Positions 9,460 through 19,805 are shown, numbered from the stretch's first letter. The stretch: 64,000 nt of DNA from a candidate division WOR-3 bacterium (GCA_965649295.1 CBFGKH010000001.1:321881-385880); one strand, 5' to 3'. Notes: generated by a model not told the origin, from the sequence alone. Numbers and translations are program-made.

Positions 9460-12206
9460 TCAGTGCGGCGGCCGATCACCGTGACCGTGCCGGCCAGATA
9501 GTTCGCGCTGTACACCCGCCGCGCTCGGCCGTTCCAGAGTAAAGCTGTCGGGCCGGAGCCAACCGTCAGGGTGCGATTGATGGCATTGGTGATGCCGTCC
9601 ACCACCACCACCGAGTTGCCGGCGTAATTGGCAACATAGACCTTGTTCGTATAGGTCGCCCAGACCACTGCGCGCGGTTGATTGCCGACAGTAATCGTCG
9701 TCGCCACCTGCCGCGTGTCGGTGTTGATAACGTCAAGCTTGCTGGCCACATTGGCGACCGAATAGACCTTGTTGTTCTGCGGATTGAACGCCAGCGCCCA
9801 GGGCCGCAACGAGACATTGATTGTCGTGCTTGGCACATTCAGGCTGTCAATCACCGTCACCGTATTGCCGGTGCTGTTGGCGACATACATCGCCTTATGC
9901 TCATCGTCGGCCACAATTGCCACCGGCCCGCTGCCGACGCTAATCGTCTGCCGCACCGAATCAAGCTGACCGTCAATCACCGAGACATTGGCTGAGCCGT
10001 TGTTGGCAACATAGACCCAGCCCCGGTCCGGCCTTACGCACAAGGCAACCGGGTTAGCTCGCACCCGCACTGTCCGCAGCACCTGACCGGTGCTGCCGGC
10101 GATAATCGTCACTGTCGAGTCAGCCTTGTTCGCAACATAGACCTTGTTCCGGTCCGGGTGCCAGAGCACGGCGGTTGGCTGCTGTCCGACCGGAATCGTG
10201 CCCACCACCGTCATCGTCGCGCAGTCAATCACCGACAGGCTGTTCGAGTTCTGATTCGCAACATAAACCCGGCCATTGGCTCGGTTCCAGGCTGCTGCCA
10301 CCGGCATCGCTCCGACCCGCAGACTGGCCACAACCTGATTAGTACTGCAACTGATAACCGTCACCGTGCCCGAATCAATACCGTTCACCACATACAGCCG
10401 GTTATTGGCCGAGTCGAGAGCAAGCGCCACTGGCGACTGCCCGGCATTGATACTGACCAGCACCGTGTCCGGATAGCCGGCATCGGTTGTCCGGAAAGCC
10501 GCGCTGCGACCGCTGACAACCGGATGAGCAGCGCAGTAAGAACGCACCTCAACCATCGCCAGATTCGAGGCCGGCCCACTCACTGCCCACGAATAACGGC
10601 CGGCAGTGTAAGTGCGGCCCTGCCGGGTCCAGGTTCGGCCCGAATCCGCCGAGTAGTAGATGACAATCGAATCATAGCCGTCCACCCCTCCCCGCCAGAC
10701 GATGTTCTGGGTCGAGCCGACTGGCCAGACCGATGTCGCGGTGGGCGTGTCAACAACAATCGCATTCGGGCGCAGCGAGTCGTAGATAGTGAACGGTGCG
10801 CTGGTGCCGATCGCCGTATCGCCGGCGAAGAACTGCCGCACCTGCACCCTTGCCTGACTTGTCGTTGTCGGCCCCGGCACCTGCCAGAAGTACAAGCCGG
10901 GATTGGGCGCTACGCCGAGTCTTGTCCACGCCACGCCGTTATTGAGGGAAAGATAGACCACTGTCGAATCCGCAGCCAAGCTGGCAAGCGGCCGGCCACT
11001 CAAAACCTTCCTTCCCCATTCCCTAGCCTGCCCACTGTGAGCTATCCTCTCCTCGCCCGTCACCGGTCTCATCACCTTCGCGTCATCTCCCTGACCGTCG
11101 CTCCCCAGCCCAGCCATAACCGTCCGCCGCTCACCAAACCGCCGGCTCATCACCGACCCACCATACCAGATAATCGTGTCCCACTGCCCAAACCGCCGCC
11201 GGGTCGCGGAATCTGGTGCCATAATCGTAATCGGACTCATCGTCGAGAAAGTCCAGGTATCACTTGTTGACCGAGAGCCGAACTGGTCACTCGCTCGCAC
11301 AAACCAGCGGTAGTCGGTGCCGTAGCTCAGTCGCGGCAGGGTGTAACTTGTTCCCAGCAGCCCGCCGGCAACAAGCGTAACCTGCCCCACCGGGCCAAAA
11401 TAGAGTTCGTAGCGGACAGTATCGCCCGGGTCAGGGTCACCACCTGACCAACGCAGGGTCTGCGTCAAGGCCAGCCCGGTGCTTCCCGATGCCGGACTTG
11501 GATTGTAGGGCGTTACCGGCGGATTGTTCGTCCGGGTTGAAAACGTCCAGGTGTCGCCAAAAGTTACGCCGCCGCGCTGGTCCCGCGCAATAACCTGCCA
11601 GTAATAGACGCTGTCCGGCCAGAGCCGGGGCAGCACATAACTCGACTCGCGACTGCCCAGACGCAACGGCAAGAGAGTGCGGCTGTTGCCAAAGTAAAGG
11701 TCATACCTTACCGTATCGAGCGAGTCCGGATCGCCACCGCGCCAGCTCAAAGTCTGCTGCAACCCCAGTCCGGCACTGCCCGAACTCGGCTGCGGGCTAT
11801 AAGGCTGCCGGGGCGCAGTGTTGCGATGAATCGTCGTGAAAGTCCAAACCGGCCCGGCAGTAGTCTCGCCCCGACCATCGTGGGCCCGCACCTGCCAAGA
11901 GTAACGGGTCAAATACCTAAGCCCACTCGCAGGAAAGAACGTGTCCAACCGGCCCGAATCGGCAACAATCAGCGAATCCTCGCGACCGAGATATACGACA
12001 TAACGAACCGTATCACCGGCATCCGGGTCAGTAGCAGGCCGCCACACTAGTCGCAGCGCCGTGTCCTGACGAACTGCGCCCGATTCTGGCGCGACATAAA
12101 CCGGCGCGGTTGGTGGTCGGTCCCCGGTCGGGTCATAGGGGTTGTTCCACTTGCGACAGACGAGCAGCGCCAGCAGAAAGAACAGGACGATAGCGGGCCT
12201 TCTCAC
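9456..12206 (-). CDS. Large surface (lipo)protein: 3 FN3-like repeats, 2 Ig-like repeats and a YVTN/YncE beta-propeller
   Basis: Signal ending LLALLVC followed by NPYDP; three DPD.GDTVRY..Y.G...Y.W.V.A.D..G....W.F.T repeats; about 8 VYVAN..S..V.VID repeats; start codon uncertain. Confidence 0.8.
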   Translation of the reverse strand: MRRPAIVLFFLLALLVCRKWNNPYDPTGDRPPTAPVYVAPESGAVRQDTALRLVWRPATDPDAGDTVRYVVYLGREDSLIVADSGRLDTFFPASGLRYLTRYSWQVRAHDGRGETTAGPVWTFTTIHRNTAPRQPYSPQPSSGSAGLGLQQTLSWRGGDPDSLDTVRYDLYFGNSRTLLPLRLGSRESSYVLPRLWPDSVYYWQVIARDQRGGVTFGDTWTFSTRTNNPPVTPYNPSPASGSTGLALTQTLRWSGGDPDPGDTVRYELYFGPVGQVTLVAGGLLGTSYTLPRLSYGTDYRWFVRASDQFGSRSTSDTWTFSTMSPITIMAPDSATRRRFGQWDTIIWYGGSVMSRRFGERRTVMAGLGSDGQGDDAKVMRPVTGEERIAHSGQAREWGRKVLSGRPLASLAADSTVVYLSLNNGVAWTRLGVAPNPGLYFWQVPGPTTTSQARVQVRQFFAGDTAIGTSAPFTIYDSLRPNAIVVDTPTATSVWPVGSTQNIVWRGGVDGYDSIVIYYSADSGRTWTRQGRTYTAGRYSWAVSGPASNLAMVEVRSYCAAHPVVSGRSAAFRTTDAGYPDTVLVSINAGQSPVALALDSANNRLYVVNGIDSGTVTVISCSTNQVVASLRVGAMPVAAAWNRANGRVYVANQNSNSLSVIDCATMTVVGTIPVGQQPTAVLWHPDRNKVYVANKADSTVTIIAGSTGQVLRTVRVRANPVALCVRPDRGWVYVANNGSANVSVIDGQLDSVRQTISVGSGPVAIVADDEHKAMYVANSTGNTVTVIDSLNVPSTTINVSLRPWALAFNPQNNKVYSVANVASKLDVINTDTRQVATTITVGNQPRAVVWATYTNKVYVANYAGNSVVVVDGITNAINRTLTVGSGPTALLWNGRARRVYSANYLAGTVTVIGRRTD

Positions 12207-12264
12207 CTTGTCATTCCCAGGGCTGCTCTTGCCCGCGGAATCGCCGAGAACGGCCCTGTCTTGA

Positions 12265-13284
12265 CTAGAAACGGAAGATGACATAAGAACCTGCCAAAAC
12301 CACAGTTGCCGCAATCCCGACATTGCGAATCATGTCCCAACGCTCGGTTGCCTGCCGGTACCGCAGCACCTCGGCCGGGTCCCGCGCTGCTCGGTATTGC
12401 GAGTATTGGCCCTCGCCCAGCACTGCTGCTGCGGTCGTGCCAGCCAGGGCCAGACCGCCCAGCCCCAGCAGAATCGGGCTGCGCTGCTTGATACGCTCCA
12501 AATCGGCCAGCACAAAAACAGTCTCGGCATACTGAACATCAGCATAGCCCACCCAGTCAAAATAGCCACGCCGCGCAACCGTCACCAGATAACGTTTCGG
12601 CGCCAGCTCGCAAAGTAGCGGTGTCACCCCCAGTTGTCGGTTCTCCACGATCACCTCGCCGCCGCTCGGCTGCGAACGGACCGACAAAAACCCCTTGCCC
12701 CAGCCGAGCCGAAAATTGACCGCCACCGGCCCTGGCGACTTCAAATCAATCGTCTTCGTCACATCCTCATAACCGGCCAGCCGGGCAGTAATCACCCGCG
12801 TGCCATACTGAACCCGGGAAATCACCAGCCCGCCTTCACCGGCCCGGCCCCGCGACTGACCGTCAACAAAAATCTCCGCGCCCACCGGGTCACTCGTCAC
12901 CACAACCGTGCCGGTCTGCGTGCTGACGGTAAAGCTCGTGCTATACTCGCGATAGCCATCGCGGGTCAGCAGCAGTTCGTGCCGACCCAAACTGAGGTCC
13001 CCGAGTTCAAGCGGCGTCGTGCCCCGAACCCGACCATCAACCGTCACTGTCGCGCCACTCGGCTCCGAAGTTATGAACACGGTCGTTCCCGAAACGCTAA
13101 CCTGACCAACAAGCCTTGGCCGCGCCGGCTGGCTTGGTTCCGGACTGACAAGCCTTGTGCCGCAGCTCTTACAAAACCGGGCCGCATCACTATTCTCAGT
13201 CCCGCAGTTCGGACACACCCTGACCGCCATTGCCAAACTGCACAACAACAACACCACCAGCAGCACTTTTCCACCCCGTCCCAT
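12265..13284 (-). CDS. PEGA-domain protein with N-terminal zinc ribbon
   Basis: Signal peptide; CPNC..FCKSCG; three S.P.GA...VDG...G.TP PEGA repeats; C-terminal hydrophobic segments. Confidence 0.85.
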   Translation of the reverse strand: MGRGGKVLLVVLLLCSLAMAVRVCPNCGTENSDAARFCKSCGTRLVSPEPSQPARPRLVGQVSVSGTTVFITSEPSGATVTVDGRVRGTTPLELGDLSLGRHELLLTRDGYREYSTSFTVSTQTGTVVVTSDPVGAEIFVDGQSRGRAGEGGLVISRVQYGTRVITARLAGYEDVTKTIDLKSPGPVAVNFRLGWGKGFLSVRSQPSGGEVIVENRQLGVTPLLCELAPKRYLVTVARRGYFDWVGYADVQYAETVFVLADLERIKQRSPILLGLGGLALAGTTAAAVLGEGQYSQYRAARDPAEVLRYRQATERWDMIRNVGIAATVVLAGSYVIFRF

Positions 13285-13337
13285 ACCGACTCCCCTTCGT
13301 AGCCTGATAACTAAGCCTGGCACCTGCTTGCAACTCC

Positions 13338-14579
13338 TCACTGCAGAAAACGATACCCGCACCGCGTACAAAACCGGGCATCCGGCTCACGGACGGCGCC
13401 ACACTGCGGACAGACCGGCCGCCGAGTCGCAACCACCAGTGCAACTTCAGCACCGCGCTTCAGTCGGGTTCCGGCTGGCGGATAGGTTCCTGCGACCATG
13501 CCCGGCGCATAGCCACCGCTGAACGTCTCCTCAACCCGACCAGGCTTCAGCCCGGCCGCATTCAAACTGGCCTTCGCCTGATCCAGAGCTACGCCCACCA
13601 GTGGCGGCACTTGTGCCATACCAGTGCTAATACTCAGCTGGACCCGACCACCCCGCCGCAACCGCTGCTCGGCTGGTGGACTCTGGGCCACAACCACCCC
13701 TGCTTCCTCCGGGCCATCCGCCTCGACAAGAACCACCTCCAGGCCAAGCGAATCGAGCAGCGCCTGCGCCGCTGCCTGACCAAGCCCAACCAGATTCGGC
13801 ACTGGTTTGCCCCCAAGCATCGGCCGCAGTATCACCACCCCGCCGGCGACCAACCCAATCACGAGCAACAGCACCACAACCGGCACCACCCGTGGTCGGG
13901 GCCGGCTAACCGGCACCGGTGCCGGCTCAAAAACCGCTGTTGGCGGCCGCTCCAACTCCTCTTCAACCCCTGACTCGGCCCGAGGCCCAATTACCTGCTG
14001 CAGACGATGACGCTTGGCCATCGCTTCCAGCGCCTGCTTGAACTCGCGAGCGGTCTGGAACCGACCCTGCGGATTCTTTGTCAGGGCTCGCAGAATGATT
14101 CGCTCCAGCTCAACCGAAATCTCGGGTCGTATCGAACGCGGCGGTGGCGGTGGCTGGGTGGCATGAGCTTGGAGCAGCTCGTGCTTGAGCTGGCTGTCAA
14201 ACGGGACCTTACCGGTTGCCGCCTCATACAAGCAGACACCCAACGAATAGGTATCACTGCGGCCATCAACTGTCCGGCCCTGGCCCCGCTCCGGCGACAT
14301 ATACCGAACAGCTCCCAGTCCGGTCCCGCCGTAATCAACGAGCTTCCAACTCTTACCCTCACGGACAATCTTCTTCGGACTGATGTTGCGATGAATCATC
14401 GCCTGACCGTGCGCCTGTTCCAAGTCATCGAGGACCTCGATGAAGATGCGAAGCAGTTCAGGCTCAGGCAGTGGCCCACGTTCGGCCAAGAGCTTTTCCA
14501 GTGTCATAGCGGTGGCAGCACTGCCCCCCGGCCCAGGCTGGTCAGTCGGCGGCGTTGGTAGCGAATCTGTCATTGTCAC
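13338..14579 (-). CDS. PknB-like Ser/Thr kinase-fold protein (C-lobe only, probable pseudokinase) with TM, two PASTA domains and a zinc ribbon
   Basis: IHRNISPKKI, LVDYG, YMSPE, DTYSLG..LYE..TG..PF; TM; VPNLVG and VPPLVG PASTA repeats; CPQC..FCTRCG. Confidence 0.85.
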   Translation of the reverse strand: MTMTDSLPTPPTDQPGPGGSAATAMTLEKLLAERGPLPEPELLRIFIEVLDDLEQAHGQAMIHRNISPKKIVREGKSWKLVDYGGTGLGAVRYMSPERGQGRTVDGRSDTYSLGVCLYEAATGKVPFDSQLKHELLQAHATQPPPPPRSIRPEISVELERIILRALTKNPQGRFQTAREFKQALEAMAKRHRLQQVIGPRAESGVEEELERPPTAVFEPAPVPVSRPRPRVVPVVVLLLVIGLVAGGVVILRPMLGGKPVPNLVGLGQAAAQALLDSLGLEVVLVEADGPEEAGVVVAQSPPAEQRLRRGGRVQLSISTGMAQVPPLVGVALDQAKASLNAAGLKPGRVEETFSGGYAPGMVAGTYPPAGTRLKRGAEVALVVATRRPVCPQCGAVREPDARFCTRCGYRFLQ

Positions 14580-14646
14580 CAGTCAATCCCGGCTGGTCGC
14601 AACCAAACCCGGCATTGCATATCGCTGCGATAGCGCACCTTAGCTA

Positions 14647-14675
14647 ATTCTAGCCGCAGCCGAGACAGATTACAA
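14647..14675 (-). promoter_or_regulatory. Sigma70-like promoter of the pseudokinase operon
   Basis: TTGTAA-N17-TAGAAT. Confidence 0.55.
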
Positions 14676-14758
14676 GTGCAACGCTCAATCTCTATCTACT
14701 ATGTGCCTTCGTCTGCAACCCTCTCCTTGTCGAAACCGCCCTCCCCGTCCCCGCCTCT

Positions 14759-14827
14759 CCACTCTGCACTCTAGCTTCTGCCCTCTAGCTTCTCCACTCT
14801 CGCCCCTCGCCTCCGCTCGGGGCAGGC
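14759..14827. repeat. Heptamer tandem repeats plus REP-like palindrome
   Basis: CCACTCT GCACTCT AGCTTCT GCCCTCT AGCTTCT CCACTCT then GCCCCTCGCCTCCGCTCGGGGCAGGC. Confidence 0.6.
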
Positions 14828-14832
14828 CCAGC

Positions 14833-16452
14833 TCAGCGAACGTCGCCCGCCTGGCTGGCACTTCGAGACAAAAGGTCTCTGGCTACTGGAGCATAGGCTG
14901 AACCTGGGTAATCAATCACGAGCTGTTGCAAGGCAGCACGATAGCGGCTATCGTCCGCGAGCACCGTCCGATAGACCTGCGCCTGCTCAAACCTAGCCCG
15001 CGGTGCCAGCGGACTGGCCGGTGCGGAACGAATAAAGTCTTCATAGACGAGCAGCGCCTCACGGGCCCGTCCCAGCCGTCCAAGACAGGCAGCAGCGACA
15101 AAGTGCGCTTGCTCCGCCACCTGACCGTTACCCTTCATCAACGACTGGGCCTGGGTTAGGGCCTGATCGTATCGGCCACGGGCAAAATCAAGCATAACCC
15201 GCCCCAGCTCTGCCGCTCTATCACCACTACCAGCCACCAGCGCCAGTTCCAGCCCGTCATTCACAAGCAGACTCGCCGGGAAACGGGACGCCAACTCGGC
15301 AACCGCTGAACGCACCGAATCTAGCTTGCCCTCGTAGAGAAACGTCTGGGCGACCAATAGTAACAACCGGTCACTTGGTGCTGCTGCCTTACGCGCCTCG
15401 CTCCGAGCAGCAGCCGGTCTGCCCTGAGCCACGAGACTGGTAGCAAGACCGAATCGGGCCGGTTCACTCGCCGACTCCAGCCGCAGCGCCTGGCCAAACG
15501 CCTGTTCTGCCGCCTCGTAGTTACCCGCCTCCAGTTCCAGCTCGCCCAACTCGACGAACGCCGCGGCTGTATTCGACCGCCCCAGCTCAACCCTTGCTTC
15601 AGCCACTCTGCCCATACGCCGCAGCACCCGTCCGGCATCAACTGTCCGACCGTTTGCCTGATATGCTGCCAGCGCGGCCTGCAGGTAACCTGCTGCTTCA
15701 CACTCCCGAGCGAAGCGGTCAAGTGTTGGCCGGTCAACAACCTCTTGCACTGCCCGCACCGCCTCCGCCTGCTGATTGGCAGCCAGCAACACAGTAGCTG
15801 CTGCCAGTCCTTTTATGTCGGGCGCGGTCAGACCGCCAACCTCAGTCAGCAACTGCCGATATCCGGTCCGCGTCGCATAGGCGCGCAGTTTCTGACGATA
15901 GCTGTCAAAGGCCTTGGGATTGCGGTTTAGCAACATTACAATCTCGCGCACCGCTGCTATCAACTGCCCCTGCTTCTCGTATAGCTCGATCAACGCGTCG
16001 GCATGAGCATAAGGGTCTCCTGAACGCTCGCGAATCTGCCGATACACCGAAGTCGCCTCTGCCCACTGCTCCGTACGAACCAGTAGGGCAGCCAGCGCCG
16101 GCAACTCTTCTGGCCACTTGCGGCCAATCCGCCGCGCCTCCTGCAATCCCTCCGCTGTCCGGCCCTGACCAAGCAATCCCTCAGCCAGCGCCAAGGCAAA
16201 CCTCGCCTCCTCGGGCTGCGCCGCCACCAGTCGCCGACTGACAGCTACCAGCGAATCATAGCGACCCAAGGCCCGACTGACCCGCAAAAGCCCCTGCAAC
16301 GCACCGACGTCGTTACTGTTCTTGCTCAACTGCCGACAGTACTCGACAAGGGCAGGCTCAAGCTGACCAGCCTGTTCGAGCACCAGCCCGGTCTGGGCCA
16401 ATGCCGCCCCGACGAGCACCAGCCCGACTAACCAGCACCGCACCACAAACAC
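14833..16452 (-). CDS. Secreted tetratricopeptide-repeat protein
   Basis: Signal peptide; repeated A...LG..Y..A TPR-like helices; YP.S..A BamD/CpoB-type motifs. Confidence 0.8.
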   Translation of the reverse strand: MFVVRCWLVGLVLVGAALAQTGLVLEQAGQLEPALVEYCRQLSKNSNDVGALQGLLRVSRALGRYDSLVAVSRRLVAAQPEEARFALALAEGLLGQGRTAEGLQEARRIGRKWPEELPALAALLVRTEQWAEATSVYRQIRERSGDPYAHADALIELYEKQGQLIAAVREIVMLLNRNPKAFDSYRQKLRAYATRTGYRQLLTEVGGLTAPDIKGLAAATVLLAANQQAEAVRAVQEVVDRPTLDRFARECEAAGYLQAALAAYQANGRTVDAGRVLRRMGRVAEARVELGRSNTAAAFVELGELELEAGNYEAAEQAFGQALRLESASEPARFGLATSLVAQGRPAAARSEARKAAAPSDRLLLLVAQTFLYEGKLDSVRSAVAELASRFPASLLVNDGLELALVAGSGDRAAELGRVMLDFARGRYDQALTQAQSLMKGNGQVAEQAHFVAAACLGRLGRAREALLVYEDFIRSAPASPLAPRARFEQAQVYRTVLADDSRYRAALQQLVIDYPGSAYAPVARDLLSRSASQAGDVR

Positions 16453-19400
16453 CTACTCATTCAGCAGCCTATCAAAGTAGGCCCGAATCATCTCCTCATA
16501 CTCCGCTGGATAACCCTGTTTCAGGGCCCGCATCAGTTCCTCGCGGAGCAACCGGTTCCGCTCGCCGGCATCAACCGGCAGTCGCGGCCGCTCCCGAATC
16601 TCAAACGGCCGACCGGTCTCACTCTCCCGCTCCTCTTTGAATCCCTGCTGCCGGATGCTCCGCTGGGCATCAAGCAGATGAGAAAGGATGCTCTCCTGTC
16701 GCTGGACCAGTTCCCGTGTCACGTTCAGTTCAGCCAGGTCGCGTTCTACCTGCCGCATCTCGTCCAACACCCCGTCAAGAGCCGAAGTGAGGCCAGGCCG
16801 ATCGCCACCCATCGATTGCAGCATCTGCTCCAGTTGCTGCCGAATCGCGCTCTGTTTGGCCAGAATCCGGGCCAGCGCCTGCAGCTGGGCCTCGGATAGC
16901 CCGCCGGGCAGCGGAATCGGCATCCCGCCCATCTCGGAGTTGATTCCCATCTGGCCCGATGCCATCTGCGACAACTGTTCGAGCAGGTCCTCCATACCGC
17001 CGGACAGGCCACCGCCCTGCTCGGCATTGGCCGCTGCTTCGAGCAAGCTCTGGGCGATTCGATTCAGCCCTTGTCTCGCTCCGGCCATTAGCTGACCGGC
17101 CGAGCCGCCACGATTCTCAACCAGTGCCTGTGCTGCCTGCTGCATCGTGTTCATCACCCGTGCCAACTCTGCCCCAGCCTGCGGTGGAATGCTCAGGCTC
17201 TGGCCGGCAAGTGACGCAAGACTTTCGGCAACAATCCGGGTTGCGTCGTGCATACCCATCTGGGTTGGGGCCAGTTCGCTGAGGTCGGGTTGGGCGGCGA
17301 GCGAAGTTTCGAGCGCCTCTTGCTGGCGTGAGAGCATGAGGATATCACCCGCAGCGGCGGTCAGTTTGCGAGCCACGTCTTGCGAGCGCTTCTGCTTCAG
17401 CCGGTCCGACAGGGCCTGTAGTCCCTGCCCCAGTTCGGCCAGCTCCTCGGCCAGTTCCTGACTCGGCCCCTGCGCCGGCTTGGTCTGACCCTGTTGCAAC
17501 TGTTCGGCTATGCGCCCGGCCCGGGCTGAGAGCTGCCGTCCTTCGGCTGCTTCAGCAAGTTGGCCCAAGGCCTGGGCCAGCTCGCTGTCCGAGAGCGAAT
17601 CAGCCAGCCGCTTCATCTGTCCGAGTAGGCTATCCAGTCCGGCTTTGATGTCCTGTTGCCGGGCAGCTGCTGCCTCATTCGGCTCCCGGCCGAGCTTTGA
17701 TGTCAATTCTTCCTGCCGCTCGGCTAGCTCAGCTGCCTTGCGGGCGAGCTCGGCCAAACGCTGCTCCTCGGCAATCCGGCGCAGCAGTTCCAAGGCCCGC
17801 TCGATCCCGGCCCGTAGCTTTTCCTGGTCGAGCTGGAACCGTTCGAGTGCCTGCCGGATATCTGGTGCCTGCTGTTCGAGCTGCTCCCGTAGCCGGGCCA
17901 GCGACTGCTGAAGTTCCCGCGGCAGCATCTGCGAGAGCAGCTCCTGCAACTGTCCCAGCCGATTCATCGTCTCCCGGTCAAAGCTCAGTCCCTGGCTCAG
18001 TTCTTCTTTGAGCTGCTGGATCTCGGCCTGCAAATCGGCAATCTGGTCTAGCAGCTCCTGCTGCCCGTCGAGGGTTTTAGCCAGGGCCTGTTTTTCGGGC
18101 CAGCCGAGTTCACGATTGCGCTTCAGTTCGTCGCTAATCCGGGCGAGGTCGGCGCTGAGTTGCTCTTGTTCGGTCTGCATCGGGCCAAGTTCCTGCGTTG
18201 TCCGCTCAGTCTGGCGCACTGCTGCCGAGTGTATCTCGGCGAGCGTGGGGAAGCGGACTGCGTATGTCTCGCTTTGGCCTAATTTTGGCCCGCGGACAGC
18301 GTCGTTGTCCGCGACAGTGACATAGTAGTGCATCACCTCGCCCGGCAATAGACCGACATCGGCAAGGTCCCAGACATAGAAAGTGGTGTCCTCGCGCCGT
18401 CCGCCAAGGTTCCTAATCCGAATCCGCTGAGCAAACGACTCTGCTCGGGGCAGGCCTGGTGGTTCGTCCTCTCCTCGTCCGAATTCCTCCGGGGTCTCTT
18501 TGGCAAAGTGGAGCACCAGCTCCCCGAGTCCAAAGTCATCAATCGCATTGATTCCCAGCGGAATCTGCATCGAGGCCGGCAGGTCAACATCCCGGCCCGG
18601 CAAGAACAGCCGCACAAACGGCGGCTCATCGCCCAGAACCCTGACCCGGAGTCCAACTGCTGGTCGGGCCGGCCCGTCACTGGTCCCGGCCAGCTCAATC
18701 CCGCCGCTCGCGTCGCTCTTGGCGACAAACCGACCGCGAAAGCGGCTGGGCACCGCCGCGTCAATCTCAATGCCGAGCGTCTCGCTTCCCAAGACCAACT
18801 GTGCCTGACCGATTGCCCGGTCTGCCTCACCCTCGAACTCGACGACTGTTCCGCGCAGCACGCTGATATCCGGATTCGACGAACGCACCGGCGCAAGACC
18901 GGTGTAGGGGGGGTAGTTGTAACTGAACACTAGCCGCGTAATGCCGAGCGGCTCCAGCACCCGCACCCGGTGTTCGGCTGATACTGCCGACAATGCCCGG
19001 AACCGATACCAAAACCCTTTCTCTGCCGGTATGCGCACTGCACAAGAGTCCCCGACGAGCCGCACCCGCCGCCGCTGCAGTCTCTGCCGGCCAGCACCGT
19101 CACTTTTGGTCTCGAGCCAGACCCCACGCAGCGGTAGCTGTTCTCTGGCCGCGCTGCCCTCTTGCAGGACCAGCCGGCAGCGCAGTACTGCTGTTCCATT
19201 TGGCATCACCGTGGTATCGCCCGGCGCAACGATGAGCGACACCGGCAACCGACTTGGCGCAAAACCGTTGAGGAAACCGAGTTGCATCCGCTCGGTCAGG
19301 AACAGACCGAGCAGGCCGACAATAGCGACTACTCCAACCAGCCCGGCCCCGGCCCAGAACAGCCGGCCACGGTGGTCCAGCCGGCCCAGGGGTAGCGGTG

Positions 19401-19773
19401 AGAGCGCCTGCTCGGCCTGGGCCACTGCCGCATCGAGCAACTCGACCGAGTAGCCCTCCCTGCTCTTCTCATCGTACCGGCAGAGTTCGAGCGCTGCCCG
19501 CAGCCTGCCCCGCACAGCCGGAAAGGTCTCTTCCACTTCGGTCACGACCGGTGCGAGCCGGTCCTGAGCAAGCCAGCGCCACGCCACGACCGCCACCAAC
19601 ACGACGGCTCCAAGCAGCAGCCAGCCGCTCCAGAAAAACAAAGAGACCAGCGCGCCAATGCCCACAAGGAGCGCAAGCAGCACTACTAGCAGGGCAGCGA
19701 GGTCAAACCCGAGCCGCGCTCGATACAACCGGCCAAGCCGGGTGCTGATTAGTCGGCCGCGCTGGGTATTCAC
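16453..19773 (-). CDS. DUF4175-family membrane-anchored coiled-coil protein
   Basis: N-terminal TMs; YPPYTG; DDFGL; YYVTVADND...GPK.G.S; long Q/L/E coiled coil; YP.EY..MI.AYF C-terminus. Confidence 0.75.
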   Translation of the reverse strand: MNTQRGRLISTRLGRLYRARLGFDLAALLVVLLALLVGIGALVSLFFWSGWLLLGAVVLVAVVAWRWLAQDRLAPVVTEVEETFPAVRGRLRAALELCRYDEKSREGYSVELLDAAVAQAEQALSPLPLGRLDHRGRLFWAGAGLVGVVAIVGLLGLFLTERMQLGFLNGFAPSRLPVSLIVAPGDTTVMPNGTAVLRCRLVLQEGSAAREQLPLRGVWLETKSDGAGRQRLQRRRVRLVGDSCAVRIPAEKGFWYRFRALSAVSAEHRVRVLEPLGITRLVFSYNYPPYTGLAPVRSSNPDISVLRGTVVEFEGEADRAIGQAQLVLGSETLGIEIDAAVPSRFRGRFVAKSDASGGIELAGTSDGPARPAVGLRVRVLGDEPPFVRLFLPGRDVDLPASMQIPLGINAIDDFGLGELVLHFAKETPEEFGRGEDEPPGLPRAESFAQRIRIRNLGGRREDTTFYVWDLADVGLLPGEVMHYYVTVADNDAVRGPKLGQSETYAVRFPTLAEIHSAAVRQTERTTQELGPMQTEQEQLSADLARISDELKRNRELGWPEKQALAKTLDGQQELLDQIADLQAEIQQLKEELSQGLSFDRETMNRLGQLQELLSQMLPRELQQSLARLREQLEQQAPDIRQALERFQLDQEKLRAGIERALELLRRIAEEQRLAELARKAAELAERQEELTSKLGREPNEAAAARQQDIKAGLDSLLGQMKRLADSLSDSELAQALGQLAEAAEGRQLSARAGRIAEQLQQGQTKPAQGPSQELAEELAELGQGLQALSDRLKQKRSQDVARKLTAAAGDILMLSRQQEALETSLAAQPDLSELAPTQMGMHDATRIVAESLASLAGQSLSIPPQAGAELARVMNTMQQAAQALVENRGGSAGQLMAGARQGLNRIAQSLLEAAANAEQGGGLSGGMEDLLEQLSQMASGQMGINSEMGGMPIPLPGGLSEAQLQALARILAKQSAIRQQLEQMLQSMGGDRPGLTSALDGVLDEMRQVERDLAELNVTRELVQRQESILSHLLDAQRSIRQQGFKEERESETGRPFEIRERPRLPVDAGERNRLLREELMRALKQGYPAEYEEMIRAYFDRLLNE

Positions 19774-19805
19774 TTTTCGGTTGCTAGGTTAGTCGGGACC
19801 GCTTG

